Position numbers and translations under genes: made by a program. Source: an uncultured Sphingomonas sp. (GTDB taxonomy: Bacteria > Pseudomonadota > Alphaproteobacteria > Sphingomonadales > Sphingomonadaceae). From it: a DNA stretch of 64,000 nt. The notes below the pieces were generated by a model. It had not been told where the DNA came from, ran no database searches, and worked only from the letters and a program-made list of their open reading frames with translations. The stretch is taken from contig CAYUWJ010000044.1 of the NCBI GenBank assembly GCA_964448315.1, forward strand, positions 15,636 to 79,635, given 5' to 3'. Each line of letters opens with the position of its first letter. Within the stretch, counting starts at the first letter, position 1. Of the stretch, positions 1 to 9,205 are shown piece by piece.

Positions 1-390
1 ATCAACAATTTCGGGCTCGGCGAGACGGGCCGCTACCGCACCAACGTGCTAGACTACCCGGGGGCGAACGGCTTCTATCGCGGTCGCGCGCGTGACCTTG
101 CCGATCACGCCACGATCAAATCGACAGCGCTTGTGGCGGACCTGTTGCTCGATTGCTCGAACCGCGGCGATCTGGTGCTCGATCCGTTCGCAGGCTCAGG
201 CACCACGCTCCTGGCCGCCCACCACACCGGCCGCCGCGGAGCCGCGATTGAGATTGACCCGCTCTATGTCGACACCGCCATCCGCCGCCTGACTTCCGCG
301 TCCGGGCTCGCCGCGATCCATGCCGATGGCCGTTCCTTCGATGAGGTAGCAAATGATCGCCTCGGTGTACGGGGGGCGCTCCATGGCTAA
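1..390 (+). CDS. DNA methyltransferase (N4/N6 type), C-terminal part; 5' end lies outside the window
   Basis: Frame 1 is open from base 1 (INNFGLGETGRYRTNV...) to TAA at 388-390. Carries the SAM-binding motif DPFAGSGTT. Sits directly upstream of phage terminase genes. Confidence 0.8.
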   Translation: MNNFGLGETGRYRTNVLDYPGANGFYRGRARDLADHATIKSTALVADLLLDCSNRGDLVLDPFAGSGTTLLAAHHTGRRGAAIEIDPLYVDTAIRRLTSASGLAAIHADGRSFDEVANDRLGVRGALHG

Positions 391-835
391 GGGCAAACCC
401 TACGAGGTCGGGTACGGCAAACCGCCCAAGGAGCATCGCTTCCCGCCAGGCCAGTCCGGCAACCCTGGAGGACGCAAGAAGGGTTCCCGCGGCATCAAGA
501 CTGATCTTCATGCCGAGCTGAGCTCGGTCCTGACGATCAGCATCAACAGGCAGCCGGTCAGCGGGACCAAGCAGCGGCTGATGCTGAAGTCGCTGGCGAC
601 CCGGGCAGCCGCCGGGGACGTTCGCGCAAGCGCGCTCCTGCTGCCGCTCATCATGCAGATCTTCGGCATAGAGGACCGCGGCCATGATCGCCGGCAGCTG
701 TCGAGGCAGGATCAGGCCATTCTTGACGAGCTACTGGCGGGGACATGTGAGTCCACAGAGCAGGGCGCCGGCGACAACGAAGCAGCAGGGGAGCTGCCGC
801 CGGACGCTACCCCAATCGCCGGCGAGGAAGCATGA
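383..835 (+). CDS. DUF5681-like phage protein (putative small terminase-like)
   Basis: ATG at 383 overlaps the methylase stop. The N-terminal motif PPGQSGNPGGRKKGS is typical of the small proteins found upstream of TerL in alphaproteobacterial prophages. Its stop overlaps the TerL start (ATGA at 832-835). Confidence 0.55.
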   Translation: MAKGKPYEVGYGKPPKEHRFPPGQSGNPGGRKKGSRGIKTDLHAELSSVLTISINRQPVSGTKQRLMLKSLATRAAAGDVRASALLLPLIMQIFGIEDRGHDRRQLSRQDQAILDELLAGTCESTEQGAGDNEAAGELPPDATPIAGEEA

Positions 836-2397
836 CGATGGTCATCCCTGCTCGCATCGATGATCCGTACGCGCTCCTTCTGGCGCTCATGCGGCGCGAC
901 TTCAGGGTGTTTCTGCGCAAGGCTTACCCGGCAATCCGCGGTGGCGAGATGATCCGCTGGAACTGGCATCTCGATGCAATCGCGCACGCCCTTGACCAGG
1001 TAGCGGATGGGCAATCCCGACGCCTCCTCGTCACCATGCCGCCGCGCAATCTGAAGTCGATCACTGTCTCTGTCGCCTGGGTCGCCTGGATGCTCGGACG
1101 CGATCCTGCGCGCAACTTCGTGTGCGTCAGCTATTCGAACGAACTGTCTGCCAAGCTGGCACGCGACTGTATCGCTGTGGTGCAGTCGTCTTGGTATCGC
1201 GAGCTGTTCCCCCGGACGCTGATCTCGGCGAAGCGCTCGGCCTCTGGGGACTTCGAGACCACGCGCGGCGGCGGACGTCTTGCGACCTCGGTCACGGGGA
1301 CGCTGACCGGCCGCGGCGGCGACATCATCATAATCGACGATCCGATCAAGCCCGAGGAGGCCCACTCGGAAACCACCCGCAACTTCGTCAACCACTGGTT
1401 CCAGTCGACGCTTGCCTCGCGCCTGAACGACAAGGAGACCGGGGCGATCATTACCGTCATGCAGCGCCTCCATCAGCACGACCTGGCTGGCATGATGCTC
1501 GAGAGAGGCGGATGGGATCAGCTGGCGCTTCCAGCGATCGCACTCCAGGACGAAATCGTCCCGCTTCCCGGCGGCCGGGAGCACCTGCGGGCTGAGGGCG
1601 ATGTGCTTCATCCCGAGCGCGAGCCACGCAGGGTCCTTGATGAGATCAGGGCTCTGATGGGATCGATGGACTTTGAGGCCCAGTATCAGCAGCAGCCCCT
1701 CCCAGCGACCGGCAACATCGTCAGGGCCGACTGGCTGAAGACGTACCCGGCCGGGTTCGATCCCGGATCACTGCCTGGCAAAATAGTCCAGTCGTGGGAT
1801 ACGGCCACCAAGGATGGGGTGCTGAACGACTGGTCGGTATGCATCACGGCGCATGTCTCAAGGAACGAGATTCGCATTCTTGATGTCTTCCGACGGCGGC
1901 TGCTGTTTCCGGAACTTAAGGCCGCGGCAATCCGACTTGCGCGTGCCCACGGCGCTACAGCTCTCCTGATCGAGGACCAGGCTTCGGGAAGCCAGCTCAT
2001 CCAGACGCTGCGAAGCGAGCAGCCCCGCGGCGTCCCGCACCCGATCGCGCGACGACCCGAGGGTGACAAATATTCGCGGATGGCCGGGGTCAGTGGGCAG
2101 ATAGAGGGCGGCCAGCTCCTGCTGCCGGAAGACGCGCCGTGGCTCGGCGAGTTTCTGACTGAGCTGATCGGGTTTCCCAACGCACGTCACGATGATCAGG
2201 CTGACGCACTGACCCAGTTAATGAACTGGGTGATGATTTTCGGACCGGCGGAGGCTCAATCGGTTGCGGGGCCCATCCTGTTCTGGGAGGAGGATGGACG
2301 AATTCGGACCACCGGCGACGAAGAGCTCTTTGGACGCGGCAACAGCAGCCGAGCTTGCCACGAGCGCTATGATCTCGATCCGTGGGAGGCCCTTTGA
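832..2397 (+). CDS. terL: phage terminase large subunit
   Basis: 521 aa. ATPase part with LLVTMPPRNLKS and Walker-B-like DIIIIDDP. C-terminal nuclease part ends in ...GFPNARHDDQADALTQL. Translationally coupled to the upstream gene. Confidence 0.85.
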   Translation: MTMVIPARIDDPYALLLALMRRDFRVFLRKAYPAIRGGEMIRWNWHLDAIAHALDQVADGQSRRLLVTMPPRNLKSITVSVAWVAWMLGRDPARNFVCVSYSNELSAKLARDCIAVVQSSWYRELFPRTLISAKRSASGDFETTRGGGRLATSVTGTLTGRGGDIIIIDDPIKPEEAHSETTRNFVNHWFQSTLASRLNDKETGAIITVMQRLHQHDLAGMMLERGGWDQLALPAIALQDEIVPLPGGREHLRAEGDVLHPEREPRRVLDEIRALMGSMDFEAQYQQQPLPATGNIVRADWLKTYPAGFDPGSLPGKIVQSWDTATKDGVLNDWSVCITAHVSRNEIRILDVFRRRLLFPELKAAAIRLARAHGATALLIEDQASGSQLIQTLRSEQPRGVPHPIARRPEGDKYSRMAGVSGQIEGGQLLLPEDAPWLGEFLTELIGFPNARHDDQADALTQLMNWVMIFGPAEAQSVAGPILFWEEDGRIRTTGDEELFGRGNSSRACHERYDLDPWEAL

Positions 2398-2578
2398 AGC
2401 CCTCGCATCAAGACGAATCTGGATTGTCAGATCGGCCGACGCGCCCCTATCGCGATAGGAGGAAAAGGCAGACGATCGGAGAAAGCAAGTCGGCGGTGTG
2501 GCATATCGGGCGGGCTGTAGGACAGGGGGAATCGGCGGCGTGGCGAATTAGTGCGCTGTCACCGTAATTGCGTAATTC

Positions 2579-3037
2579 TCATGTCCTCGGAATTCCCCCG
2601 TGAACTAAAGGTAATCTGGGTTCTCCTGAGATACAAGTAGCAATGGATACTACGACTTTTAGGTGATTTGTCTCACAGACGAGAGAAGTCAACACCCGTT
2701 GAGCCATATCAATAAAAAGGAAGATAAAATCTATATCATCAAGTGACCACGTTGTTTCTAGATCACTTAAGCATAGGATAACTCGCCGTCTGTCTATAAT
2801 TTTCTTTTCTATTAACTCCAATACAGATCCATAATCAACTTTATCCCGTTGCACGCTCTTTAAACGATGGCTAGCTTCAATTTCATATCCAATTGGCGCT
2901 CTTCTTACAGAAATTACGTCGTCGAAGTTCTTCTCTGCGAATCGCTCAAAATACCTCTTTCCTTCTATATCAAATGAATCAATTAAATGAACAACACCTT
3001 CCCAAAAAACCTCACCTGCGCGTTCTTCATTGGTCAT
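2579..3037 (-). CDS. putative immunity protein for the RHS C-terminal toxin
   Basis: ATG at 3037 (MTNEERAGEVF...) lies 8 nt downstream of the RHS stop on the same strand. Strongly AT-rich: two 60-nt lines counted at 32% and 35% GC. I recognise no family. Confidence 0.55.
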   Translation of the reverse strand: MTNEERAGEVFWEGVVHLIDSFDIEGKRYFERFAEKNFDDVISVRRAPIGYEIEASHRLKSVQRDKVDYGSVLELIEKKIIDRRRVILCLSDLETTWSLDDIDFIFLFIDMAQRVLTSLVCETNHLKVVVSIATCISGEPRLPLVHGGIPRT

Positions 3038-3044
3038 GTGCAGC

Positions 3045-6000
3045 CTATCTCCGTAACTCCTGAAACAATAAAATGAAACCTGATGGGACACCTGGGCCAG
3101 GCCGGCCGTGGAATGGCGCGAAGTATATTGCACCGGTTGTTGGACCGTAAAATATTCTTGGTCCGTTTAACACCAGTTCTACATTATTTGGAATGTCATA
3201 AGGCTGGTAGCGCTGATAGAAGTCGTAACGGCCGCCAATGAGCCCGTATTGAGTTGCTGGAACGCTTGCGCGATCGCTTGAGAGAAATCCTGATAGAATA
3301 GCATTAAGATTCGATTCAAGCGCGTTGAGCCCAGGGTCAATGATTCCGTAAGCCTCCCACCACGAAGGCTCCGCAAAGTCATCGCCACCTAGGTAACCCC
3401 GCCTGATATCAGCTTCATAAACAAGACCACCTACGGCAGATAGTAAGCACGCACTCGCATTCCCTTGCGCACATTCGGCTAGTGCTGGATCCAACATAAA
3501 TAGCCCAGTGTGCAGCTCGTCATCCGTGTCTCGGCCTGTCTCCGGCTGGACAAATTCAGCGATGATTCCGACTGCCGCCAAGGCGCCGATGAGCGCCCCT
3601 CCGGATAAGCAAATGCGGCTTCCGGTGACGACCGCGCAACCGTTTAGTCCAAGGGGATCGGCGAAGCTTACCGGATCGTTCCCGACATAAGCATAGAGGT
3701 TCATGCCACCATCATACCTGATCGGGTCGGGCTGAAGGAACCGCCCCAGGTGCGGCGCATAGACGCGCGCCTTGTAATAATATGTGGCGAGTTCCGGCAG
3801 CCACGCCTGGCCGGTATATTGGAACCGCCCGACGTTGGAAGCGCCCGGCGTGCCGTATTCGCCGTAGGTGTTGATGCTGCCCGCAATCAGATTTCCCGAC
3901 GAGTCGGTCGCCGCGACGATCGAGCCGCGCTCGTCGGCGTGGAGGAAGCGGCGGTTGCTGGTGCCGGTGCCCGCATATTCGACCAGAGGCTCGTCGATGC
4001 CGGGACCGAACACATAGCGATTCTGGAGCGCATTGCCCGCGTCATATTCAGCGATCATGTTTATGCCGTCATAGGCGAACCGCGTTCCGGCGCCCGACGT
4101 GTTGCCGATCACATCGTGCAGCCGCATCAGCGGGTCGTAGGTGAGGGTCACCGCCGGGACACCGGCGCCTGACGCAGCACGCAGCAAATTCTGCGACGAG
4201 TAGAGGTAATTCTTGCCGGTCTGCGGATCGCTGGTGAGGTTGCCGTTGGCGTCGTGCGTGGTAGTGGCGGCCGAGATGCTTGCGATCTGGTTGAGGCCGT
4301 TCGGCACATAATCGGTCGAGCCGTTGCCGTGGCCCATCCATGAATACGCATCGTTCGTCCGGTTCTGCGAGACGATCTGGCTGGCGGGATTGTAGCCGAT
4401 CGAGCCGATCGTCAGGTCGTTGGCGGTGCCGCCGAGGTTCTGGGTCAGTGATGAGAGCCGCGAAACAGGATCGAAGGTGTAGGTCGTGGTCGTCGTGTTG
4501 CCGCGGGTCAGCGACGTGCGCCGGCCGAGATTGTCATAGGCGATTGTGGCAAGCACACCGACGCCGCTCGTAGCACCATTCTCGCGAATCTTCGTCATCT
4601 CGCCGGTGACGAGGTAATCATAGTCCATGAACATGGTAGGACTGGCACAGGCGCCGGCGTAGACAAGGCGCGTTCGGCGGCCGGCAAGGTCCCAATTAGA
4701 ACAGATTGTTCCGAGCGGCCCCACCTGTGTCAGATTCCGGCCGAGAGCATCGTAGGTAAAAGACAGGCTGTTGCCGGTCTGGCTCGCCGAGGTCATTCGG
4801 CCGAGATTGTCGTAGGCATAGCTCACGTCGGGCTCGGTGCCGGGCAGGTTTTTGAGCGTCTGCCGGTTGAGCGCATCCCAGGTAAAGGAGGTCGCCTGGC
4901 CGGCACGGTTGGTGAACGTCGTGACATTGCCGTTGGCGTCATAGGCGAACAGCTCCCTGTCAGTGGTCGAGCTCGGGTTTTCGCCCGGCGGCTTGACCTT
5001 GACGGGATAGCGAACCTCACCGAGCCGGTCGTGGCCGTCATAGAGGTAGGTAGTGCGATTAACGGCGGCGTCGAACAGGTAGCGCAGCCGGCCGTTCGGC
5101 GAATGGTTCTTCTGAACCTCGTAGGTCTCTTCGTCGGTGTGGTAACCGACCAAGGTCTTGGTGTGCCGGCCGACCGCATCATAATAAAGCCGGGTCAGCC
5201 GGTCGGGGCCGTGACTGCCTTCGGTCCCGAGGCTGCAGGCGGTCGACGGAAGCGAGCCGAACACCGCCGGGTTCATGCGCTGGGCGATGCACTGCAGTCG
5301 CCCGTTTGCGTCATAGCTGTTCTGAGTCACGGCGTAGGTCGTGCTGCCCGCAACGAGGCGGCTGGCGCTCGGACGCCGGTTCGAGTCGTAATCCTGTTGC
5401 AATTCCTCGAGTGGCGCGAATGCCGCCCATGCGGCGTCCGACTGTCCAATGGTCGTGCCACTCTCGATCCTGGTGACGAGGCCGCGATTGTCGATGGTGA
5501 CTCGCCGCGCCCGGTTTTTCAGCGCGCCTGCGCCGTCCGGGTCCGGCCCGACCACCCCTACCATCTCGCGGTTCAGATTGTAGCGATTGCGGGTTATGTC
5601 CGCCGTGCCGGGCAGCGGCCCGTCGACGGTGAGGAGATTGCCGACGGCATCATAGGTCATTGCGAGCGTCGCGGTGAGGCTGCTGTCGCCGGCGCCGCTG
5701 CTGGTCGAAGCGGGCTGCAATCCGTATCCATACGCAATGCTGGACTTCACTTCGTTCGCGGTGCCGAGGCATGACGGCGCGGTTCCGGTCTGGCAATTCG
5801 AGCTTCCGGTCGGAACGATGATTCCGGACGCGCTTGGCGCGCCGTTCGCATCGAGCCGAGTGTAGCTGAACCGGCTCTGCGGGCGGACCGCCCCGCCGGT
5901 CGGTGCGGGAGCGGTGACGGTGAGAACACCGCCGTGGGCCGAGTCATAGGTGAGGTCGGTGACGTTGCCGCGCGCGTCGGTAGTGCTGGACGGATTGTTG

Positions 6001-7253
6001 CAGGTCTTGGGGTTGGCGCAACTGGCGGGGTAGCTTGCGGTCGCGATGATGTCGGAGAGGCCGGAACCGGACTTGGCGACGTTGCGTATTTCGGTGACAT
6101 TGCCGCGCGAATCATAGGTCATCTGCGTGTAGTCGCCCTCGGGTCTGGTGACGCGGGTCGGGCGGTTATTGCTGTCGTACTGATAGCTCGTCGTGTCGTC
6201 TGTCTCGTTCTCGTCCGAAAGCATCAAGGCTTTGGCGATGTCGAAGGTGACGACCCGGGTCGCGCCGCCGGGATAGGTGACGGTGACGGTGCGAATGCCG
6301 CTTGCGTCGGCATAGCCGTAGCCGGTGGTCACGCCGCGATTGGTGATCGAGCTCACTCTGCCGCTGGTGTAGGTGACCGACACATTGTTGGTGGCGCTTC
6401 CCGGGAGTTGAATTGCGGTGACCTTGCCTCCGCTCAGCGTGTACCGCGTGGTGCGGCCTTCGGCGTCGATATAATCCTGTTGCCCAAAGCTCGTCTGCGG
6501 CATGTTGAGCACTGGCCGGCCGCTTTCGGGGCAGGAGAACGCCCAGGTCGGGCAGGGATCGACGGCACTGTTCAGCCCCTTCACCGTTTCGATATGCGAC
6601 CAGGTCATGATATCGCCGCTGCCGCTGACGGTGTTGATCGGATAGCTCAGCTTCATCATGTAGCCGGCGTTGGTCACGACAGCTTGCAACCGGCGGCCGT
6701 ACCGGGTCTGGCCGCGCTCCGAGACGTAGCTGTCCTCATGGTAAAGATAATCAAGCGTCCGGCCGCTGGGATAGGCCAGAGTCGATATGACGATGCCGCG
6801 CGCATTGCCGAAGAAGATCGTCGGCCCGCTGTAGAAGGTGGCGACGGTGCCCTCGGAGCTGGTGTAGGAATAGATGCCGCCCGATAATGTAAGGGTGGAA
6901 CCGGTCTGCTCGACCGGGGTGAACACGCCGCTGGAAAGGGTGAAGACTTCGGATCGGGGCCCCATTGCTACCGTGTAGGTCGAGCCGCTGACGCCGATGT
7001 TCCACATCATCGTGTCGCGGAACGTTCCGCCGCGGACTTCGCGAACGTAGCTCAGACCCATGTTGCCGCCGATGCGGATGGAGGGGCTTAGCACCGTGAA
7101 CGTGCCGGACAGGAGATCGACGCCGTTCCCGTCGGTGAACTGGCGGACCGGGAACGGAACGATGCTGGCCTCCTGCGCCAGCGACGGCGTGGCGAGCGAG
7201 GTGGTGGCGAGAAGAGCGCCGAAGCCGGCGCGGACAAAAACGGAAGCACGCAT
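3045..7253 (-). CDS. RHS / YD-repeat toxin with an N-terminal Sec signal peptide
   Basis: 1402 aa. Signal peptide MRASVFVRAGFGALLATTSLATPSLAQE. Dozens of YD repeats (YxYDxxGN/R). Core-end motif PDPIRYDGGMNLYAYVGNDPVSFADPLGL, followed by a 199-aa unrecognised C-terminal domain (about 3048-3644). RBS AGGGGGGA upstream. Confidence 0.9.
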   Translation of the reverse strand: MRASVFVRAGFGALLATTSLATPSLAQEASIVPFPVRQFTDGNGVDLLSGTFTVLSPSIRIGGNMGLSYVREVRGGTFRDTMMWNIGVSGSTYTVAMGPRSEVFTLSSGVFTPVEQTGSTLTLSGGIYSYTSSEGTVATFYSGPTIFFGNARGIVISTLAYPSGRTLDYLYHEDSYVSERGQTRYGRRLQAVVTNAGYMMKLSYPINTVSGSGDIMTWSHIETVKGLNSAVDPCPTWAFSCPESGRPVLNMPQTSFGQQDYIDAEGRTTRYTLSGGKVTAIQLPGSATNNVSVTYTSGRVSSITNRGVTTGYGYADASGIRTVTVTYPGGATRVVTFDIAKALMLSDENETDDTTSYQYDSNNRPTRVTRPEGDYTQMTYDSRGNVTEIRNVAKSGSGLSDIIATASYPASCANPKTCNNPSSTTDARGNVTDLTYDSAHGGVLTVTAPAPTGGAVRPQSRFSYTRLDANGAPSASGIIVPTGSSNCQTGTAPSCLGTANEVKSSIAYGYGLQPASTSSGAGDSSLTATLAMTYDAVGNLLTVDGPLPGTADITRNRYNLNREMVGVVGPDPDGAGALKNRARRVTIDNRGLVTRIESGTTIGQSDAAWAAFAPLEELQQDYDSNRRPSASRLVAGSTTYAVTQNSYDANGRLQCIAQRMNPAVFGSLPSTACSLGTEGSHGPDRLTRLYYDAVGRHTKTLVGYHTDEETYEVQKNHSPNGRLRYLFDAAVNRTTYLYDGHDRLGEVRYPVKVKPPGENPSSTTDRELFAYDANGNVTTFTNRAGQATSFTWDALNRQTLKNLPGTEPDVSYAYDNLGRMTSASQTGNSLSFTYDALGRNLTQVGPLGTICSNWDLAGRRTRLVYAGACASPTMFMDYDYLVTGEMTKIRENGATSGVGVLATIAYDNLGRRTSLTRGNTTTTTYTFDPVSRLSSLTQNLGGTANDLTIGSIGYNPASQIVSQNRTNDAYSWMGHGNGSTDYVPNGLNQIASISAATTTHDANGNLTSDPQTGKNYLYSSQNLLRAASGAGVPAVTLTYDPLMRLHDVIGNTSGAGTRFAYDGINMIAEYDAGNALQNRYVFGPGIDEPLVEYAGTGTSNRRFLHADERGSIVAATDSSGNLIAGSINTYGEYGTPGASNVGRFQYTGQAWLPELATYYYKARVYAPHLGRFLQPDPIRYDGGMNLYAYVGNDPVSFADPLGLNGCAVVTGSRICLSGGALIGALAAVGIIAEFVQPETGRDTDDELHTGLFMLDPALAECAQGNASACLLSAVGGLVYEADIRRGYLGGDDFAEPSWWEAYGIIDPGLNALESNLNAILSGFLSSDRASVPATQYGLIGGRYDFYQRYQPYDIPNNVELVLNGPRIFYGPTTGAIYFAPFHGRPGPGVPSGFILLFQELRR

Positions 7254-7292
7254 GAAAAATCCCCCCTGTTCGAACCCTGACCGAAGCGGGGA

Positions 7293-7520
7293 TCAGGGCG
7301 GCGGGGGATTGGGCGAGCCGGTGGTCTGCTTCAGCGTCCGATTATCGGCTTTATCGATCGTGTAATTGGTGACGACATTGTCGTTCACCGTACCGCTGCG
7401 CTCGACCTTAACCAGCCGGCCGCGCGAGTCGTAGCGGTAGGTGATCGTCTCGGCCGCATAGGCCGCTGCCGCGATGGCAGCTACGCCAAGTGCCAAAAGC
7501 CAGCGATGTTTCGAGTTCAC
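7293..7520 (-). CDS. small secreted YD-repeat protein upstream of RHS
   Basis: GTG at 7520 preceded by GGAGGAGG with a 6-nt spacer. Signal peptide VNSKHRWLLALGVAAIAAAAYA. One YD repeat (YRYDSRGRLVKV). The gene ends 39 nt before the RHS start. Confidence 0.5.
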   Translation of the reverse strand: MNSKHRWLLALGVAAIAAAAYAAETITYRYDSRGRLVKVERSGTVNDNVVTNYTIDKADNRTLKQTTGSPNPPPP

Positions 7521-7839
7521 GCCAAACCTCCTCCCGCGACAAAGCGCGGACGACTCGATTCGGCGGAGAAACAACTAACGCAAAAGCCAGGAGATGGAAA
7601 GCTGCGGGCATTCGGACATCGAGAATTCCATCATGCCGGAGAGCGGCGCCCGCTTGCGCAGCTGCATGGCTTTGAATAAGCAGAATCATCAGCGTGCCAG
7701 GGGCGGTAGCCGAATCCCGCCCCGTTTCGTCACAGCCAACTTCGCCGCCCTATATACGCTCCTGGCGCCTCAGGCGTTTGACATAATCAGGTGGATGGGG
7801 AGGATTGCCTGGCCGAATCGCTTCTCAGAGGGGAAGCCT

Positions 7840-8139
7840 GTGCGCATTGTCATTTCGCTTGTAACCGCCTCACTGGCGGCCGCTGCACCTGAAGCTGTGA
7901 TCGCTCATCCGGGCGGCCTCAATTCCGAGGGCTGCCACAATAACTGGAAGACCGGGGACTATCACTGCCACCGTGCATCGGCTTCTGCCAATCGAGGAAC
8001 GGTCAAAACCCTTTCGGGCAACCGCGCATTCCGCAACTGTTCCGAGGCGAGGGCTGCTGGCGCGGCACCGGTGAGGCGCGGCGATCCAAGCTACGGTCCG
8101 CACCTCGACCGGGACAATGATGGAGTCGGGTGCGAATGA
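7840..8139 (+). CDS. YHYH-domain / excalibur calcium-binding domain protein (secreted)
   Basis: GTG at 7840 after GGGGAAG. Signal-like N-terminus. HPGGLNSEGCHNNWKTGDYHCH matches YHYH. FRNCSEARAAGAAPVRRGDPSYGPHLDRDNDGVGCE matches excalibur. An upstream ATG at 7795 is an alternative start. Confidence 0.7.
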   Translation: MRIVISLVTASLAAAAPEAVIAHPGGLNSEGCHNNWKTGDYHCHRASASANRGTVKTLSGNRAFRNCSEARAAGAAPVRRGDPSYGPHLDRDNDGVGCE

Positions 8140-8609
8140 AGGCCCTGTTCTACTTCTACATGTTCCTGTTCGCCTTTGGCCTGCTGCCGGCCAATGACGC
8201 CAATGGCCAGGTCGTATCGGCTGGCCGAACCTTCACCTGTACGCCGGTCGCAGTCTGGGATGGCGACGGCCCGATCTGGTGCGCAGAAGGGCCAAGGATC
8301 AGAATTTCCGGGGTGGCTGCACGAGAAATCGACGGCGCCTGCCGCTCGAATCAGCCCTGCCCCCCCGTCAGCGGCACCGATGCCCGCGACCGGATCGTGC
8401 GGCTCTTCGGCGGCGCCAGGGGGAAGCTGCCGACCGGACACATCAAAGTGAGCGCGCCCGCGATGACCTGCGTGTCGGACGGCTCAGCCGGCGGTTCCAG
8501 AACAGCCGCATGGTGCCGGTCGCCTGTCTTCGGCGATCTATCATGCGCCGCGGTAAAAGCGGGCGGAGCTGTTCGCTGGGCGCGTTACTGGGGCGATCAT
8601 CGGTGCTAG
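8130..8609 (+). CDS. thermonuclease (SNase)-like secreted protein
   Basis: Hydrophobic signal sequence. The VWDGDGPIWCAEGPRIRISGVAAREIDG pattern resembles the DGDT..G..IRL.GIDAPE motif of SNase homologues. Overlaps the previous stop. Confidence 0.55.
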   Translation: MRMKALFYFYMFLFAFGLLPANDANGQVVSAGRTFTCTPVAVWDGDGPIWCAEGPRIRISGVAAREIDGACRSNQPCPPVSGTDARDRIVRLFGGARGKLPTGHIKVSAPAMTCVSDGSAGGSRTAAWCRSPVFGDLSCAAVKAGGAVRWARYWGDHRC

Positions 8610-8611
8610 CT

Positions 8612-9142
8612 GTGCGACGATCATCGCTGTCAGCTCTGTCTTCACTGTTGCTGGCATTGGCAGCCTGTGACGATCAGCCGCAGTTCAGCGAAAGCGCCCC
8701 GATCGCCGCAGCCGCTCAGGAGTTTCCTGAGCTGACAGGCACAGTCGTTGATCAGGCGAACCTGCTGACAACAGCTCAGGAACTCGAGCTAGCGGGCAAA
8801 TCGCAGGTGCTGGAGAAGCGGACGGGACGCCAGTTCGTAATCGTCACCGTGAACTCGCTGAGCGGCAGAGACGTGGCAGATTACACGACCGACCTGGCAA
8901 ACACGTGGGGCATCGGCCGCCAGGATCATGACGATGGGGTCGTTCTCCTGGTTGCTCCGAACGAGCGCAGGGTACGGATCACCGTTGGCTATGGGCTCGA
9001 GAAAACGCTCACAGACGAGTTGGCCGGTCAGATCATCAAAGAGGATATTCTCCCCCGATTCAGGGAGGGTGAGATGTCAGGAGGCATCCTCGCCGGTGCA
9101 GATGCCATCACCAGCCATCTGACCCCCCACGAGCAGAAGTGA
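8612..9142 (+). CDS. TPM-domain lipoprotein
   Basis: GTG at 8612 gives VRRSSLSALSSLLLALAAC (lipobox). Then LTGTVVDQANLL...QFVIVTVNSLSGRDVADYTTDLANTWGIGRQDHDDGVVLLVAPNERRVRITVGYGLE, typical of TPM domains. The longer ORF-track start (8279) overlaps the nuclease gene. Confidence 0.7.
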   Translation: MRRSSLSALSSLLLALAACDDQPQFSESAPIAAAAQEFPELTGTVVDQANLLTTAQELELAGKSQVLEKRTGRQFVIVTVNSLSGRDVADYTTDLANTWGIGRQDHDDGVVLLVAPNERRVRITVGYGLEKTLTDELAGQIIKEDILPRFREGEMSGGILAGADAITSHLTPHEQK

Positions 9143-9205
9143 ATTCACACCAGGCGACGGGACAGCAAGCCGCCCAGTCCTGTCACCGCACCTCGATGTT
9201 TGCTT

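Larger units (their letters stand above)
1..2397 (+). mobile_element. prophage/GTA-like packaging module remnant
   Basis: Methylase, DUF5681-like protein and TerL are translationally coupled. No portal or head genes follow; an RHS operon abuts instead. Confidence 0.55.

Noticed and set aside
116-1611. Minus-strand ORFs (116-685 and 712-1611) across the methylase, DUF5681-like and TerL genes.
   Set aside because: They lie opposite genes with clear motifs and translational coupling. The products are Arg/Pro-rich with no recognisable domains.
5031-6887. Plus-strand ORFs of 247 and 317 aa inside the RHS region.
   Set aside because: They are antisense shadows of the 1402-aa RHS gene. Their composition is Gly/Ala/Arg/Val-rich with no motifs.
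8279-8611. N-terminal 111-aa extension of the TPM ORF given in the ORF track.
   Set aside because: It overlaps the SNase-like gene in another frame and is Arg-rich. A GTG at 8612 gives a proper lipoprotein signal peptide.
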